The position numbers and the translations under genes were made by a program. Shown here piece by piece: positions 8,662 through 19,591 of a stretch of 64,000 bases of DNA; positions within the stretch are counted from its first letter, which is position 1; the number at the start of each line of letters is the position of its first letter. Under the pieces are notes generated by a model, which ran no database searches, was not told the origin of the DNA, and was given only the letters and a program-made list of their open reading frames with translations. The DNA is taken from assembly GCA_045578645.1 (NCBI GenBank), contig JAZNKQ010000067.1:8295-72294 (forward strand). The letters run 5' to 3'. This DNA comes from Lachnospiraceae bacterium. GTDB taxonomy: Bacteria > Bacillota > Clostridia > Lachnospirales > Lachnospiraceae.

Positions 8662-9738
8662 TCAGGTATCTATGTTTCTGTTGGCATTTATCAGGACATA
8701 CTGCTCGGGAGTGCAGTCAAACTTTTTTCGGAACAGTTTTCCGAAATATCCCACATCCGAATATCCGACACGGTCGGCGACAACCTTGACGGTATATTTT
8801 CTGGAGAGAAGAAGCTCTGCGGCAATGCTCAGACGTATGTTTTTTAAGAAATTAACAATGGTTGTTCCGGTGTTTTTGCGGAAAAGCTCAAATATATAGG
8901 ATTCTGACAGGAAAAAATATTCTGCCAGCTGTTCCATCGAGATTTTTTCATTATAGTGGAGGAAAAGATACTTTTGTATCTGTGCGGCAATAGGATTTTC
9001 CGAGAAGGTGAAACGACCCCCAAGTGAGGCGGCCGCATCCGAAAGCATGGCAGGGATATCCGAGAAATCCTCGTACTCTCGGCTGATACCGATGCTGCAG
9101 CCCGGATATGCCGACGGAAGGGGTGAGCTTCCGGAATAAAGAAAGGCATGACTGAAGCCCTTAACGAATACCTCGTTAAGGCCGGAGAAGCTGCTTAAGA
9201 CCTCGGGGACAGCAGCATGATTAATTACAATAAGATAGCAGTGCGGAGCGGTAATTATGCTTCGCAGAAAATGCTGTACCTCCTCCTTTGCCAGAGCACT
9301 GTCGGAGGAAAAATCGCAGGCTGAAATATTAAAGGTCTCCTGCCTGCTGCGCTGATTAAGGGCTTCGCGCACCCGCTTTAATACATTTCTGACCTCGTCC
9401 CGGTTAAGGGGCTTCATAAGATAATCAAGAACGCCCTTTGAAAGGGCACGCTTTGCAACTTCAAAATCCCGGTATGCGCTCACTATAACAAGCTCGGTGT
9501 GCAGACCGGCATCCTTTATCATTTCAATTAAGTCCATTCCGTTTATCTCAGGCATTCTTATATCCGTGAATACCACATCAGGTTTTTGCTCCTTAATTGC
9601 TTCAAAGGCTTCCTCTGAGTTGGTAAACGTATCAGTTACGGTGAAGCCGTATTCTTCCCAGCTTACGATGTTTTTCAGTCCGCGAAGTGCCCATGCTTCG
9701 TCATCTATGAGAATTGCATTGTAAAACTTATCTGCCAT
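8662..9738 (-). CDS. response regulator with an AraC-type HTH output (YesN-like)
   Basis: Receiver domain (ILIDDE...VVFTDIRMPEINGMDL...KP) plus a C-terminal AraC HTH. Confidence 0.9.
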   Translation of the reverse strand: MADKFYNAILIDDEAWALRGLKNIVSWEEYGFTVTDTFTNSEEAFEAIKEQKPDVVFTDIRMPEINGMDLIEMIKDAGLHTELVIVSAYRDFEVAKRALSKGVLDYLMKPLNRDEVRNVLKRVREALNQRSRQETFNISACDFSSDSALAKEEVQHFLRSIITAPHCYLIVINHAAVPEVLSSFSGLNEVFVKGFSHAFLYSGSSPLPSAYPGCSIGISREYEDFSDIPAMLSDAAASLGGRFTFSENPIAAQIQKYLFLHYNEKISMEQLAEYFFLSESYIFELFRKNTGTTIVNFLKNIRLSIAAELLLSRKYTVKVVADRVGYSDVGYFGKLFRKKFDCTPEQYVLINANRNIDT

Positions 9739-9895
9739 TACGGTACCTCCCTATATCTGATATGTATTCCGCTTTTGTTCATAATAAACATATTTTAGTC
9801 CTATATCAACATATTTTTGTCTCTTTTGTCAAGGTTTCCGTTATGCTATTGTTTGCTTAAGCAGTACAGAGGCTGAAAACGGAGGGTGTTTGAGC

Positions 9896-10852
9896 ATGAA
9901 GAAGAAAAAAGCGGAGAGCTTACAGGGAGGAATAAACAGAAAACTGAGACTGATTTGGAAGTATAAAGGAATATATCTGACAATGGCTCCCGCGCTAATC
10001 TGGTATGTACTGTTTTCATATGTACCGATGGCAGGCCTGACACTGGCATTCAAGACCTATAAGGCCAAGCTCGGAATATGGGGAAGCCCGTGGGTGGGAA
10101 TGAAATACTTCGAGAGACTTTTTGAGGATCCGAAGTTTTTGGATTCAGTCGTAACAACGTTAAAGATAAACGGCGGACGACTGTTTCTGACCTTCCCCTT
10201 TGCAATTATTCTTGCGCTTCTTTTGAATGAGCTGAGAATCGGACGGTTCAAGAAGGTACTGCAGGTTACGTTTACATTTCCCCATTTCCTTTCATGGGTA
10301 ATCATTGCAAGTATCGTAACTAATGTATTGTCATATGACGGACTTGTTAACTCGGCAATCGAAGCACTCGGCGGTTCGTATGTAAACTTTGTGGGCAGCG
10401 AAAAGCTGTTTGTCCCATTGGTTTATTTCACTGAAATCTGGAAGGGTGCAGGCTGGAGCTCGATTATATACATGGCGGCGATTGCGGGAATTGATCAGGA
10501 GCAGTTTGAAGCCGCGGAGATTGACGGAGCCTCGCGATGGAAAAAGATAACCTGTATAACGCTTCCGAGTATAATGCCGACTATCACGATTATGTTTATA
10601 CTGGCAGCCGGAAACGTTATGACGAAGGGCTTCGATCAGGTATTTAATTTGAATAATGACGCGGTAAACAAGGTTTCACAGACTTTGGATATGTACATAT
10701 ATAACGTTACATTCAATTCAAGAACCAGCGACTTCGGATATTCGACGGCACTGAGCTTCTTCCGCTCAGCGGTAAATCTGGTTCTGCTTGTTGTAACGAA
10801 TGCCATTGCTAAGAAGGCCGGCGGAAACGGACTGATGGGAGGAAGCGAATGA
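9896..10852 (+). CDS. sugar ABC transporter permease (LplB/YtcP-like)
   Basis: Polytopic MalF-type permease containing EAAEIDGASRWKKITCITLP (EAA loop). A GGAGGGTG SD precedes the ATG at 9896. Confidence 0.85.
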   Translation: MKKKKAESLQGGINRKLRLIWKYKGIYLTMAPALIWYVLFSYVPMAGLTLAFKTYKAKLGIWGSPWVGMKYFERLFEDPKFLDSVVTTLKINGGRLFLTFPFAIILALLLNELRIGRFKKVLQVTFTFPHFLSWVIIASIVTNVLSYDGLVNSAIEALGGSYVNFVGSEKLFVPLVYFTEIWKGAGWSSIIYMAAIAGIDQEQFEAAEIDGASRWKKITCITLPSIMPTITIMFILAAGNVMTKGFDQVFNLNNDAVNKVSQTLDMYIYNVTFNSRTSDFGYSTALSFFRSAVNLVLLVVTNAIAKKAGGNGLMGGSE

Positions 10853-11727
10853 AGAAGGCGAGAAATTATAAAACAAAATTTCAATATCCGGATGCGATTA
10901 TCCTTATCATTCTTATAATTGCGGCATTATTAATTGTTTTACCGTTCATGAATGTTATTGCGATATCCCTGACGACACAGAAGGCATATGCAGATACACC
11001 GCTTTTGCTTATACCAAAGGTGTTTACGCTTGAGAATTACGAAACACTTTTTGATGACGGACGTATTCTGATCGGCTTCAGAACCTCGACAAAAATACTG
11101 CTGATGGCAATGCCGATAAATATGTTCCTTACAACAACGGTTGCCTACGGACTTTCGAGAAAAAACTATCCCGGAAGAACCATAATATTAAAGCTGGTAG
11201 TATTCACAATGCTTTTCAGCGGCGGTATCGTACCGCTTTACCTTACCGTAAAATCCTATGGGCTTATCGGTTCCTTATGGGCAGTTGCGTTATGTCAGGG
11301 AATAAATACCTTCTATATGATAATAATGCTTAATTTCTTCCAGTCGCTTCCCGAGTCACTGATAGAATCGGCGAAGCTTGACGGTGCGGGCGAGATGAAG
11401 ATTTTGTGGAAGATTATGCTGCCGCTTTCAAAGCCGGTATTGGCAACAATATTCCTTTACTACTTTGTTGACCGTTGGAATGAGTGGTACATTTCCATGC
11501 TGATGGTGCGTGATACAAAAAATACGCCGCTGCAGCTGGTATTAAGAAATATAGTTCTTGAGTCGCAGAATCTTGACAATATCGTAACCGAGTCGGTTGA
11601 GCTTTTTACCTTCAGCTCCGGAATCAAGATGGGTGCTGTAGTAGTTACGGTTATTCCTGTTATGTGTATATATCCCTTCCTGCAGAAGTATTTTGCAAAG
11701 GGAATTATGCTCGGTGCGGTAAAGTAA
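10849..11727 (+). CDS. carbohydrate ABC transporter permease (LplC/YteP-like)
   Basis: EAA loop (ESAKLDGAGEMKILWKIMLP). Its start overlaps the upstream stop by 4 nt. Confidence 0.85.
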   Translation: MKKARNYKTKFQYPDAIILIILIIAALLIVLPFMNVIAISLTTQKAYADTPLLLIPKVFTLENYETLFDDGRILIGFRTSTKILLMAMPINMFLTTTVAYGLSRKNYPGRTIILKLVVFTMLFSGGIVPLYLTVKSYGLIGSLWAVALCQGINTFYMIIMLNFFQSLPESLIESAKLDGAGEMKILWKIMLPLSKPVLATIFLYYFVDRWNEWYISMLMVRDTKNTPLQLVLRNIVLESQNLDNIVTESVELFTFSSGIKMGAVVVTVIPVMCIYPFLQKYFAKGIMLGAVK

Positions 11728-11809
11728 CTGCATCAGGCGGGATTGTTTGTTTTGGTAATGGTATCTGAAAGGATATTATTATATAATGTATACTAAATAA
11801 GGAGGGTTT

Positions 11810-13522
11810 ATGAAAAAACATCGTTTCAGTATTTTAACGGCAATACTTTTAATCGCTATGATGCTGGTGATGGCAGCCTGCAGTAAGTCAGAGGAAACAC
11901 CTGATAAGGGTACATCTTCAACCTCAAAGACTGAGTCTTCGGGAAGCGCGTCATCTTCAGGCGAAAAAGCAGATTCAGGCAGCGCTTCGGGGAATGAGGC
12001 TCCTACAGATGTTGCAGGGGATAGCGCAGAGAAGGATTACAGTGAGCATTATACCTATAGTTATGCAAGTATTCAGATAACTGAGTCTACAGACTATAAC
12101 TCTAAGGATGATGCAATGACAAGATATTGGCAGGATAAGTATAACTTTGACTGGGATATCGTTTCTATATCATCGGATAACTGGGATTCTACAGTAAACA
12201 CATGGGTTTACGCAGAGGATTTACCGGATGTTACAATCTTTGATTATAAGCATGCACAGATGATGGACTGGATTGATCAGGAGCTTATTTTCAAATTCCC
12301 TGAGGGCTGGGAAGAGCGTTGGCCTAATGTATACCAGAGCCAGGTTTGCGCGGGAATCGGAAATACCGTAAGTGAAATGGTTGACGGTACATATTTCCTT
12401 GCAAGACCTAACTATGCAGAGAATAAGCCTACATCACCCGAAATCTGCCCTACCAACATGATGGTTTATATCCGTAAGGACTGGGCACAGGCAGTAGGAT
12501 TTGAGCTTAAGGATTACTATACTGTTGATGAGATTATTGAATACGGACGTCTTATTAAGGAAAAGGACCCCGGCAATGTGGGCTCCGCACTCGTTCCTTT
12601 AGGATTAAAGTCTGATAATGCATATAATCTTTTCGTAAGAAACAGCAGTACATATACAGCTGCGGATTACTATTTCTATCGTGATGATGCCGGTGAGTTC
12701 CGTTGGGGACTTGCAGATGAGGATACACTTGAAGGTCTTGAGCTTTGGAGAAAGGCATATGACCTCGGAATCCTTAATAAGGAGTTCTATACCTATTCAG
12801 GTTCAGAGGACGTAGAAGATTTCTATGTTCGCGGTGTTTCGGGTCTTATGTGGTATCAGGGCGGCGCACGTTACCAGATGAACGTAAGTAACTACATGAG
12901 AGACAATCTCGGATTAGAGTATGAGGATACAGTATGGCAGTGCTTCGTTATAGCTAATGACGGACAGTATCACTGGGCACCTGCAGGAAACTACTGGGGC
13001 GTTATAATGTTTAATCCCGATATTGAAATCGAGAAGTGGGAGCGTTACATGGATATGCTCGAGGAATCAGCAAGTACTCAGGGTCAGATTCTTATAAGAA
13101 TGGGCTTTGAAGGCGTTGATTGGGAATATCAGAACGGCGAGATGGTATCTCTTCTTGAAGAAGGAAAGGATGCAAGAAGTAAGTATCCGTCAATTTATCC
13201 CGTATATCATCAGCTTCTCGTTCTGAGTGATGACTTTGTTCTTATTAATCCTAACTATCCTAAGGAGTTCCGTGATCTTACCGTTAAGATGTATAAGCTT
13301 AAGGAAGAACTCGGAAAGAACGGAACATGTCCCGCTATAGACTATGATATTTATCTTTACAGCTCAGAGTCGACAAGTGCTCTTAACTTTGAATTTGCAA
13401 CCGATTTTGCAAATATCGTTGTAAACGAGGGCTCGGTTGAGGATGGCTGGAGAGAATGGGTTGACAGCTGTGCATATCTTGTAGACCCCGTATTAGAGGA
13501 GTTTGCAGAGAATATTAAATAA
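11810..13522 (+). CDS. extracellular solute-binding lipoprotein (LplA-like, large family-1 SBP)
   Basis: Lipobox LVMAAC followed by a Ser-rich linker. It is 570 aa and lies downstream of the two permeases. Confidence 0.8.
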   Translation: MKKHRFSILTAILLIAMMLVMAACSKSEETPDKGTSSTSKTESSGSASSSGEKADSGSASGNEAPTDVAGDSAEKDYSEHYTYSYASIQITESTDYNSKDDAMTRYWQDKYNFDWDIVSISSDNWDSTVNTWVYAEDLPDVTIFDYKHAQMMDWIDQELIFKFPEGWEERWPNVYQSQVCAGIGNTVSEMVDGTYFLARPNYAENKPTSPEICPTNMMVYIRKDWAQAVGFELKDYYTVDEIIEYGRLIKEKDPGNVGSALVPLGLKSDNAYNLFVRNSSTYTAADYYFYRDDAGEFRWGLADEDTLEGLELWRKAYDLGILNKEFYTYSGSEDVEDFYVRGVSGLMWYQGGARYQMNVSNYMRDNLGLEYEDTVWQCFVIANDGQYHWAPAGNYWGVIMFNPDIEIEKWERYMDMLEESASTQGQILIRMGFEGVDWEYQNGEMVSLLEEGKDARSKYPSIYPVYHQLLVLSDDFVLINPNYPKEFRDLTVKMYKLKEELGKNGTCPAIDYDIYLYSSESTSALNFEFATDFANIVVNEGSVEDGWREWVDSCAYLVDPVLEEFAENIK

Positions 13523-13530
13523 TTAATTAA

Positions 13531-13556
13531 GAGAGGATGCCGCATGACATCCTCTC
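13531..13556. terminator. intrinsic terminator between convergent genes
   Basis: GAGAGGATG / CATCCTCTC 9-bp stem. Confidence 0.6.
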
Positions 13557-13559
13557 GCT

Positions 13560-14438
13560 TTATTTTGTCTGTACCTGATTACGAAAATCCGTAAGGAAGG
13601 AATGGCGTCCGAAGGGACCTACCTTGAAGTGGTAAAAGGCCTTTTCGGCGGCATGGGCATCATCAAATATGCCGAAAACGGTGGGGCCGCTTCCGCTCAT
13701 AAGCGAATTCAGGGCACCGAGCTCAAGCATTTTCTGCTTTATTTCGCTGATGACCGGGTATTCGGCAACGGTAACAGATTCAAGTACATTTCCGAAAAGC
13801 CGGCACATGCCGTGAAGGTCATTGCCTTCTATTGCGGCTTTAATTCCGTCGATATCCGGATGAACCGTATCCGGGTCAAGCTTAAGGTGCGAGTAGACAA
13901 ACTGTGTGGATACATTAATCGGCGGCTTAACGATGAGACAAAAGGCATCCGGTGCGGGTGACAGCGGGGTAAGACGCTCTCCGATTCCTTCGGCAAGACA
14001 GGTTCCGCCCTGTATGCAGTAGGGAACGTCAGCTCCGAGCTTAAGCCCCAGTTCCTTAAGCTGATCGGTGGAAAGCCCTGTTTTAAAAAGCCTGTTCATA
14101 GCACGCAGCGCGGCTGCGGCATCGGTGCTTCCGCCTGCCATGCCGGCAGCTACGGGGATATGCTTATCAAGCGTGATATAAACGCCGTCTTCTATATTAA
14201 ACGTTTCCTTAAAAAGCTTAACTGCCGCATATACAAGATTGTTTTCATTAACGGGCAGAAAATGCAAATTGGTTTTTAATGTGATATTGGGTGATGCCGT
14301 ACGTGAGAAGCTGAGCCTGTCATACAGATTAACGGTCTGCATAATCATTCTGACTTCGTGATAGCTGTTGGGAAGCTTTCCGACAACATCAAGTCCGAGA
14401 TTTATCTTTGCGTAAGCGCGAACATCAAATTTATTCAT
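13560..14438 (-). CDS. ispE: 4-diphosphocytidyl-2-C-methyl-D-erythritol kinase
   Basis: MNKFDVRAYAKINLGLDV... and PVAAGMAGGSTDAAAAL (GHMP kinase motif). Confidence 0.9.
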   Translation of the reverse strand: MNKFDVRAYAKINLGLDVVGKLPNSYHEVRMIMQTVNLYDRLSFSRTASPNITLKTNLHFLPVNENNLVYAAVKLFKETFNIEDGVYITLDKHIPVAAGMAGGSTDAAAALRAMNRLFKTGLSTDQLKELGLKLGADVPYCIQGGTCLAEGIGERLTPLSPAPDAFCLIVKPPINVSTQFVYSHLKLDPDTVHPDIDGIKAAIEGNDLHGMCRLFGNVLESVTVAEYPVISEIKQKMLELGALNSLMSGSGPTVFGIFDDAHAAEKAFYHFKVGPFGRHSFLTDFRNQVQTK

Positions 14439-14576
14439 AACCGGCCTCCATGCTAACAAGGATTTTATCATGAAAGGTTTGTGAATTCAACACTAATACC
14501 CAAACTCGGCTATTGCAGACAGGGCATAAATCTGTTAATCTAAAATAGGAAAAAAGCGTTGGATAATGGGATTATT

Positions 14577-15794
14577 ATGGATGACAGACTGCAATTATTA
14601 TTTACAAAATATATTAATGACCGGCTGATTCAGATTATCGCAAGTAACCCGGTTACAAAGGACGGCGTAAGTAAGCTTAAGCTCCGTCCTGTTTTGCTTC
14701 GTGGAGAGCTTATGTATCAGGCTGCGGAATCCGTTGGAAAGCAGGAATTCCATCGGAATTATACCTGTACGGAGGCGGTCGCGATGCTGTGCGAACGTGT
14801 CGGGAAGCCCTTTAGGCAGATTGAGATAAAGGGTACGGACGGGAATGCCGTTATACTTGTCGGTAAAAAGGGAAACCTAACAATTAAGGAGCATAAGGCT
14901 GCGGGAAAGGCCTCGTCTGTGCGGAACGGGAATGAAGCAGAGCAGAATACGGGTGCTGCCGGGGCTGTATGTGAGGGAAGCGCAATAAAAGAGCATAACC
15001 GCACAAAGAAGTATATTTTAAGTGAGGGAATGCATATCCCGTTTATGGTTGATTTAGGGATTATGACTCCGGCGGGTAAGGTGGTTAATGCAAAATATGA
15101 TAAATTCCGCCAGATTAACAGATACCTTGAATTTATTGAGGATATACTGCCCTCGCTGCCAAAGGGGAGAGAGCTGTCGATAGTTGACTTTGGCTGCGGA
15201 AAGTCGTATCTTACTTTTGCGATGTACTATTATCTGCATGAGTTAAAGGGGCTTGATATACGTGTTACGGGACTTGATTTAAAGAAAGAGGTTATAGAGC
15301 ATTGCAACGCGCTTGCGGAGCGCTATTCCTACGAAAAGCTAAACTTCCTGCATGGTGATATTGCAGACTATACCTGTGACGGAGCGGTTGATATGGTGGT
15401 CACCCTGCATGCCTGTGACACTGCGACTGATTATGCTTTGTATAAGGCAATAAAATGGGGTGCGGCGGTGATTTTATGCGTGCCCTGCTGCCAGCATGAG
15501 CTAAATAAGCAGATAAAGAATGATATATTTGCCAATATTCTCAGATACGGACTGATTAAGGAGAGAATGTCCGCGCTTATTACGGACGGACTGAGGGCGC
15601 TGATGCTTGAGGAATGCGGCTACAGAACTCAGATTCTTGAGTTCATTGACATGGAGCATACGCCTAAGAATATACTTATCCGTGCGGTAAGGCAGCCGCT
15701 GGCGGTTAAGGCGACCGCAAGCAGCAGGAAGCTGCTTGAGCAGCTGAACGCGGAGCTTACTCTGCAGCGTCTTTTAGAGGGGGAAAAGAACTGA
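14577..15794 (+). CDS. class I SAM-dependent methyltransferase with an N-terminal extra domain
   Basis: Contains the SAM-binding motif I VDFGCGKSYLT. The start codon is uncertain (14559 or 14577). Confidence 0.7.
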   Translation: MDDRLQLLFTKYINDRLIQIIASNPVTKDGVSKLKLRPVLLRGELMYQAAESVGKQEFHRNYTCTEAVAMLCERVGKPFRQIEIKGTDGNAVILVGKKGNLTIKEHKAAGKASSVRNGNEAEQNTGAAGAVCEGSAIKEHNRTKKYILSEGMHIPFMVDLGIMTPAGKVVNAKYDKFRQINRYLEFIEDILPSLPKGRELSIVDFGCGKSYLTFAMYYYLHELKGLDIRVTGLDLKKEVIEHCNALAERYSYEKLNFLHGDIADYTCDGAVDMVVTLHACDTATDYALYKAIKWGAAVILCVPCCQHELNKQIKNDIFANILRYGLIKERMSALITDGLRALMLEECGYRTQILEFIDMEHTPKNILIRAVRQPLAVKATASSRKLLEQLNAELTLQRLLEGEKN

Positions 15795-15798
15795 TATA

Positions 15799-18354
15799 AT
15801 GAAATTCAAAATGAAGTTTATATATAAGGTTATGATAGTCCTGGCGGTATTTATCGCCTCGCTGATCTTCTTCAGCAGCGGGATTAAGGAGATGTTTTTC
15901 TCCGGCTCGGCTAATATTGTACAGATGAGTGCGGCGACGCTGCCTACCGTGACTATGGAGGTCGGGGGGAATGAGGTTAATCTGCTGCACGGCTATGTAT
16001 CAAACCTTGATGAGATGATAATGAGGGAGACCATCACGCCTCTCGGAGCAGACAGAACCTTTACCGTGCTTATTACGGAAAACGAAAGTGTAGTAAAGAA
16101 GCTTAAGTATGAGGTGCTTAATGAGGACGGGCAGGAGATAGAGTCTGACAGCTTTACGGTGCTCGATTCGGAAACCGGACAGAAAAGCGTTAAGATAGCG
16201 CTTAAGGAGACCCTGAAATCCGGTGCCGAGTATGTTGTTAAAATAACACTCATTACTAATGAAAGTAAGCGTATTTATTATTATACACGAATAAAAATGT
16301 ATGATAACGGGCATCTGACGGAGAAGCTTGAATTTGTCAGAGAGTTTCATGAGGCCTTGATTGATTCGGATTTTGCAAGAACCGAGGCCGTGGAAAAGTA
16401 CCTTGAGCCCGCAAAGAATTCGGATAATTCTACATATGCGTATGTGGACATCCATTCAAGCCTTGAAATGGTTTCGTGGGGTGAGCTTAATCCTGTGGTT
16501 ATTTACAGGGAAGTTCCCACGGTAACAGAGTTTTATGACAGTATGATTTCGGTGCAGCTTAACTATATGGTAAGCATTGAAACGGATACGAATACCGAGT
16601 ATTACACCGTAAAAGAAAACTTCAGATTTAACTACGGTTCCGTGCGAACATATCTTTACAATTACGAGAGGTATACGGAGGCGGTGTTTGATGTGGCAAA
16701 TACCAGTCTTACGAAAAGTGAGTTTAAGCTGGGAATTACCTCCGATACCGATGCGGAAACCGGTCTGAGCGATAACGGGAAATATATTGCGTTTATTTAC
16801 GGAAGAGAGCTGATGCTCTACAGAAGCGAATTAAACCAGCTGATTACGGTATTTTCCTTCAGGGGTGATGAGGCCGGCCGTGCGAGGGAGCTTCATGACC
16901 AGCATGCCGTTAAGCTTCTTAAGGTGCATGATAACGGCAATGTTGATTTTATGGTATACGGCTATATGAATCGCGGAGAATATGAGGGCCGCGTGGGAAT
17001 AGTGCTTTACCGTTATCATGATGCGGAGCTGAGGATAGAAGAACAGCTTTATATGCCCTTAAACAGCAGCTACCAGCTGCTGGCGGCGGATATGACGGAC
17101 TTTGTTTACCTGAGCAACGCGGATATATTCTATTTTTCGATATATGACTGTATATACTCCTTTAATCTTATGACGAAGGAGCTGTCACTGCTGGCGGCGG
17201 ATGTACCGGAGGAAAACCTCATTTTCTGTGAGGAGGAGCATTATCTTGCATGGCAGGACTGCTCGGACATAACAAAGGCTGCGAAAATTAATATACTGAA
17301 TCTTGAAACCTCTGATTTGCATGCTGTTGAAGCCGGACCCGATGAGTGCGTAAGATTATACGGAAGAATTAATAATAATATTATCTATGGTGTTGCGCAT
17401 AAATCAGACATATACCGTGCCGGTGACGGAAGCTGCATGCTTCCGGCATACCGTCTGTGTATAGAGGACGGAAGCGGTAATATTCTTAAGGAGTACCGTA
17501 AGGAAGGCTATTATGTGAGCGGTATTGAAATCGGAGACAATATTCTGTTTATTAACCGCGTTACAAAGACAGCCGGAGCCGGGACTGAGTATAATGAAGC
17601 CGAGTCTGATTCGATTCTCAACAGGCTGGAGGTTACGGAAAAGCCGGTTGCGGTGACAAGGCGAATCACGGACAGAATGCTTACCGAATATTATGTATCG
17701 CTTCCCGGCGGAATCGAAATTACAAGTGTTCCGTTTAGCCTGCCGACAGCCAACACGGTACTTAATTATGACACAACGGTCCGTGTAAGTGAGCCGGAGG
17801 GAAGAACCCTTTTACATTATGCATATTCCTTCGGAGAGGTTATTTTTGCATCGGATGATGCCGCAGAAACCATAAAGGTTGCTGATAATGCCGTCGGAAC
17901 GGTTATTAATAAGGACGGAAGACTTATCTGGGAGAGAGGCGTTAAGGCGCGTCGTACCGAGATATCGGGTATTGATATTGTAAGAGCCGGAGCAGTATAT
18001 ACCTCCGTTCAGGCATGTATGCGGATGCTTCTGGAATACCGCAATTTCGATATCGAAACCGCCTCCTTTGACAGCAGCCGGACAACGGTTTATGACTGGC
18101 TTTATCTTAATACAAAATCGTCGCCGGTTAATCTTACCGGAGCTACACTTGACGAGGTATTGTATTATGTTTATAAGCTGCGTCCCGTAATTGCGTTAAG
18201 ACCCGACAGGACAGCATGTCTTATTGTTGCCTATGACACAACGGGAATAACTGTTATAGATGCGGAAAAGGGAAAACAGATTAAATATGATACCGACGAT
18301 GCTGTGGAAATGTTTGAAAAGGCAGGAAATATATTTATTAGCTATGTAAATTAA
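15799..18354 (+). CDS. large hypothetical membrane-anchored extracytoplasmic protein
   Basis: 851-aa ORF with an N-terminal TM (VMIVLAVFIASLIFF). I recognise no motif. Confidence 0.5.
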   Translation: MKFKMKFIYKVMIVLAVFIASLIFFSSGIKEMFFSGSANIVQMSAATLPTVTMEVGGNEVNLLHGYVSNLDEMIMRETITPLGADRTFTVLITENESVVKKLKYEVLNEDGQEIESDSFTVLDSETGQKSVKIALKETLKSGAEYVVKITLITNESKRIYYYTRIKMYDNGHLTEKLEFVREFHEALIDSDFARTEAVEKYLEPAKNSDNSTYAYVDIHSSLEMVSWGELNPVVIYREVPTVTEFYDSMISVQLNYMVSIETDTNTEYYTVKENFRFNYGSVRTYLYNYERYTEAVFDVANTSLTKSEFKLGITSDTDAETGLSDNGKYIAFIYGRELMLYRSELNQLITVFSFRGDEAGRARELHDQHAVKLLKVHDNGNVDFMVYGYMNRGEYEGRVGIVLYRYHDAELRIEEQLYMPLNSSYQLLAADMTDFVYLSNADIFYFSIYDCIYSFNLMTKELSLLAADVPEENLIFCEEEHYLAWQDCSDITKAAKINILNLETSDLHAVEAGPDECVRLYGRINNNIIYGVAHKSDIYRAGDGSCMLPAYRLCIEDGSGNILKEYRKEGYYVSGIEIGDNILFINRVTKTAGAGTEYNEAESDSILNRLEVTEKPVAVTRRITDRMLTEYYVSLPGGIEITSVPFSLPTANTVLNYDTTVRVSEPEGRTLLHYAYSFGEVIFASDDAAETIKVADNAVGTVINKDGRLIWERGVKARRTEISGIDIVRAGAVYTSVQACMRMLLEYRNFDIETASFDSSRTTVYDWLYLNTKSSPVNLTGATLDEVLYYVYKLRPVIALRPDRTACLIVAYDTTGITVIDAEKGKQIKYDTDDAVEMFEKAGNIFISYVN

Positions 18355-18405
18355 TAATGGGGCGTGGCAGGAGGCTTTGGACCGCGCTTCGGAACGGAGG
18401 AGATT

Positions 18406-19575
18406 ATGGCAAAAAGAGTTTTTTTGATTGTACTTGACAGTGTAGGTATAGGAGAGCTTCCCGATGCGGCGGACTACGGAGATACCGGAAGCAATACGGT
18501 GAAGGCAGCCGCAAGCAGCGGTACGCTTGATATGCCGAATATGAAGAAGCTCGGATTCTTTAATATTGACGGTATCAACGATATGTACGGGGATATTCCC
18601 GAGGCGCCCGAATGTGCGGTGGCAAGACTGGCAGAGAGGTCTAAGGGAAAGGATACAACCATTGGTCATTGGGAGATTGCGGGTCTGGTTTCAGAAAAGC
18701 CCCTGCCTACATTCCCGGACGGCTTCCCGGAGAGCTTTCTTGAGGAGTTTTCAAAGAGAACGGGAAGAAAATGCCTTTGCAATAAGCCCTATTCGGGTAC
18801 CGATGTAATCAGGGATTACGGAAAAGAGCATGTTGAGACCGGAGCGTTAATCGTTTATACCTCTGCAGACAGTGTTTTCCAGATTGCGGCACATGAGGAT
18901 GTTGTTCCCGTGAAGCAGCTGTACGAGTATTGTGAAATTGCGAGAGAGCTTCTTGTCGGAGATATCGGTGTCGGCAGAGTTATTGCACGTCCCTTTAACG
19001 GGGAGTGGCCTTACTCAAGAACTGCAAACAGACATGATTTTTCGCTTGTTCCGCCTAAGACAACAATGCTTAACCGTCTTTCGGAAGAGGGCTTTGATGT
19101 TCTCGCCGTAGGAAAGATTTTTGATATTTTTGCGGGAAGCGGAGTTACGGACAGTGTAAGAACCGGAAATAATCAGGAGGGTATTGAGCGTACGCTTGAA
19201 TATATGCAGAGAGATTTTAACGGTCTTTGCTTTACAAACCTTGTTGATTTTGATATGGTATACGGGCATCGTAATAATGCAAAGGGCTATGCGGAGGCAT
19301 TAACCTATTTTGACAGCAGACTTCCTGAGCTTCTTGCCGGACTTCGTGAGGATGATATCCTTATGATAACCGCGGATCACGGCTGTGACCCCGTAACTGA
19401 GTCTACGGACCATTCAAGAGAGTATACACCACTTGTTATCTACGGAAAGAGCCTTAAAAAGGGAATCAATCTCGGAACGCGCAGCTCATTTGCGGATATC
19501 GGAGCAACGGTGCTTGATTATTTCGGCATAAATTCAGGAATAGCCGGCGAATCATTCCTTGATATTATACGTTAA
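18406..19575 (+). CDS. deoB: phosphopentomutase
   Basis: [21 protein letters not shown]...TADHGCDP, with a GGAGGAG SD. Confidence 0.9.
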   Translation: MAKRVFLIVLDSVGIGELPDAADYGDTGSNTVKAAASSGTLDMPNMKKLGFFNIDGINDMYGDIPEAPECAVARLAERSKGKDTTIGHWEIAGLVSEKPLPTFPDGFPESFLEEFSKRTGRKCLCNKPYSGTDVIRDYGKEHVETGALIVYTSADSVFQIAAHEDVVPVKQLYEYCEIARELLVGDIGVGRVIARPFNGEWPYSRTANRHDFSLVPPKTTMLNRLSEEGFDVLAVGKIFDIFAGSGVTDSVRTGNNQEGIERTLEYMQRDFNGLCFTNLVDFDMVYGHRNNAKGYAEALTYFDSRLPELLAGLREDDILMITADHGCDPVTESTDHSREYTPLVIYGKSLKKGINLGTRSSFADIGATVLDYFGINSGIAGESFLDIIR

Positions 19576-19591
19576 TATAAGCGGAGGACTA

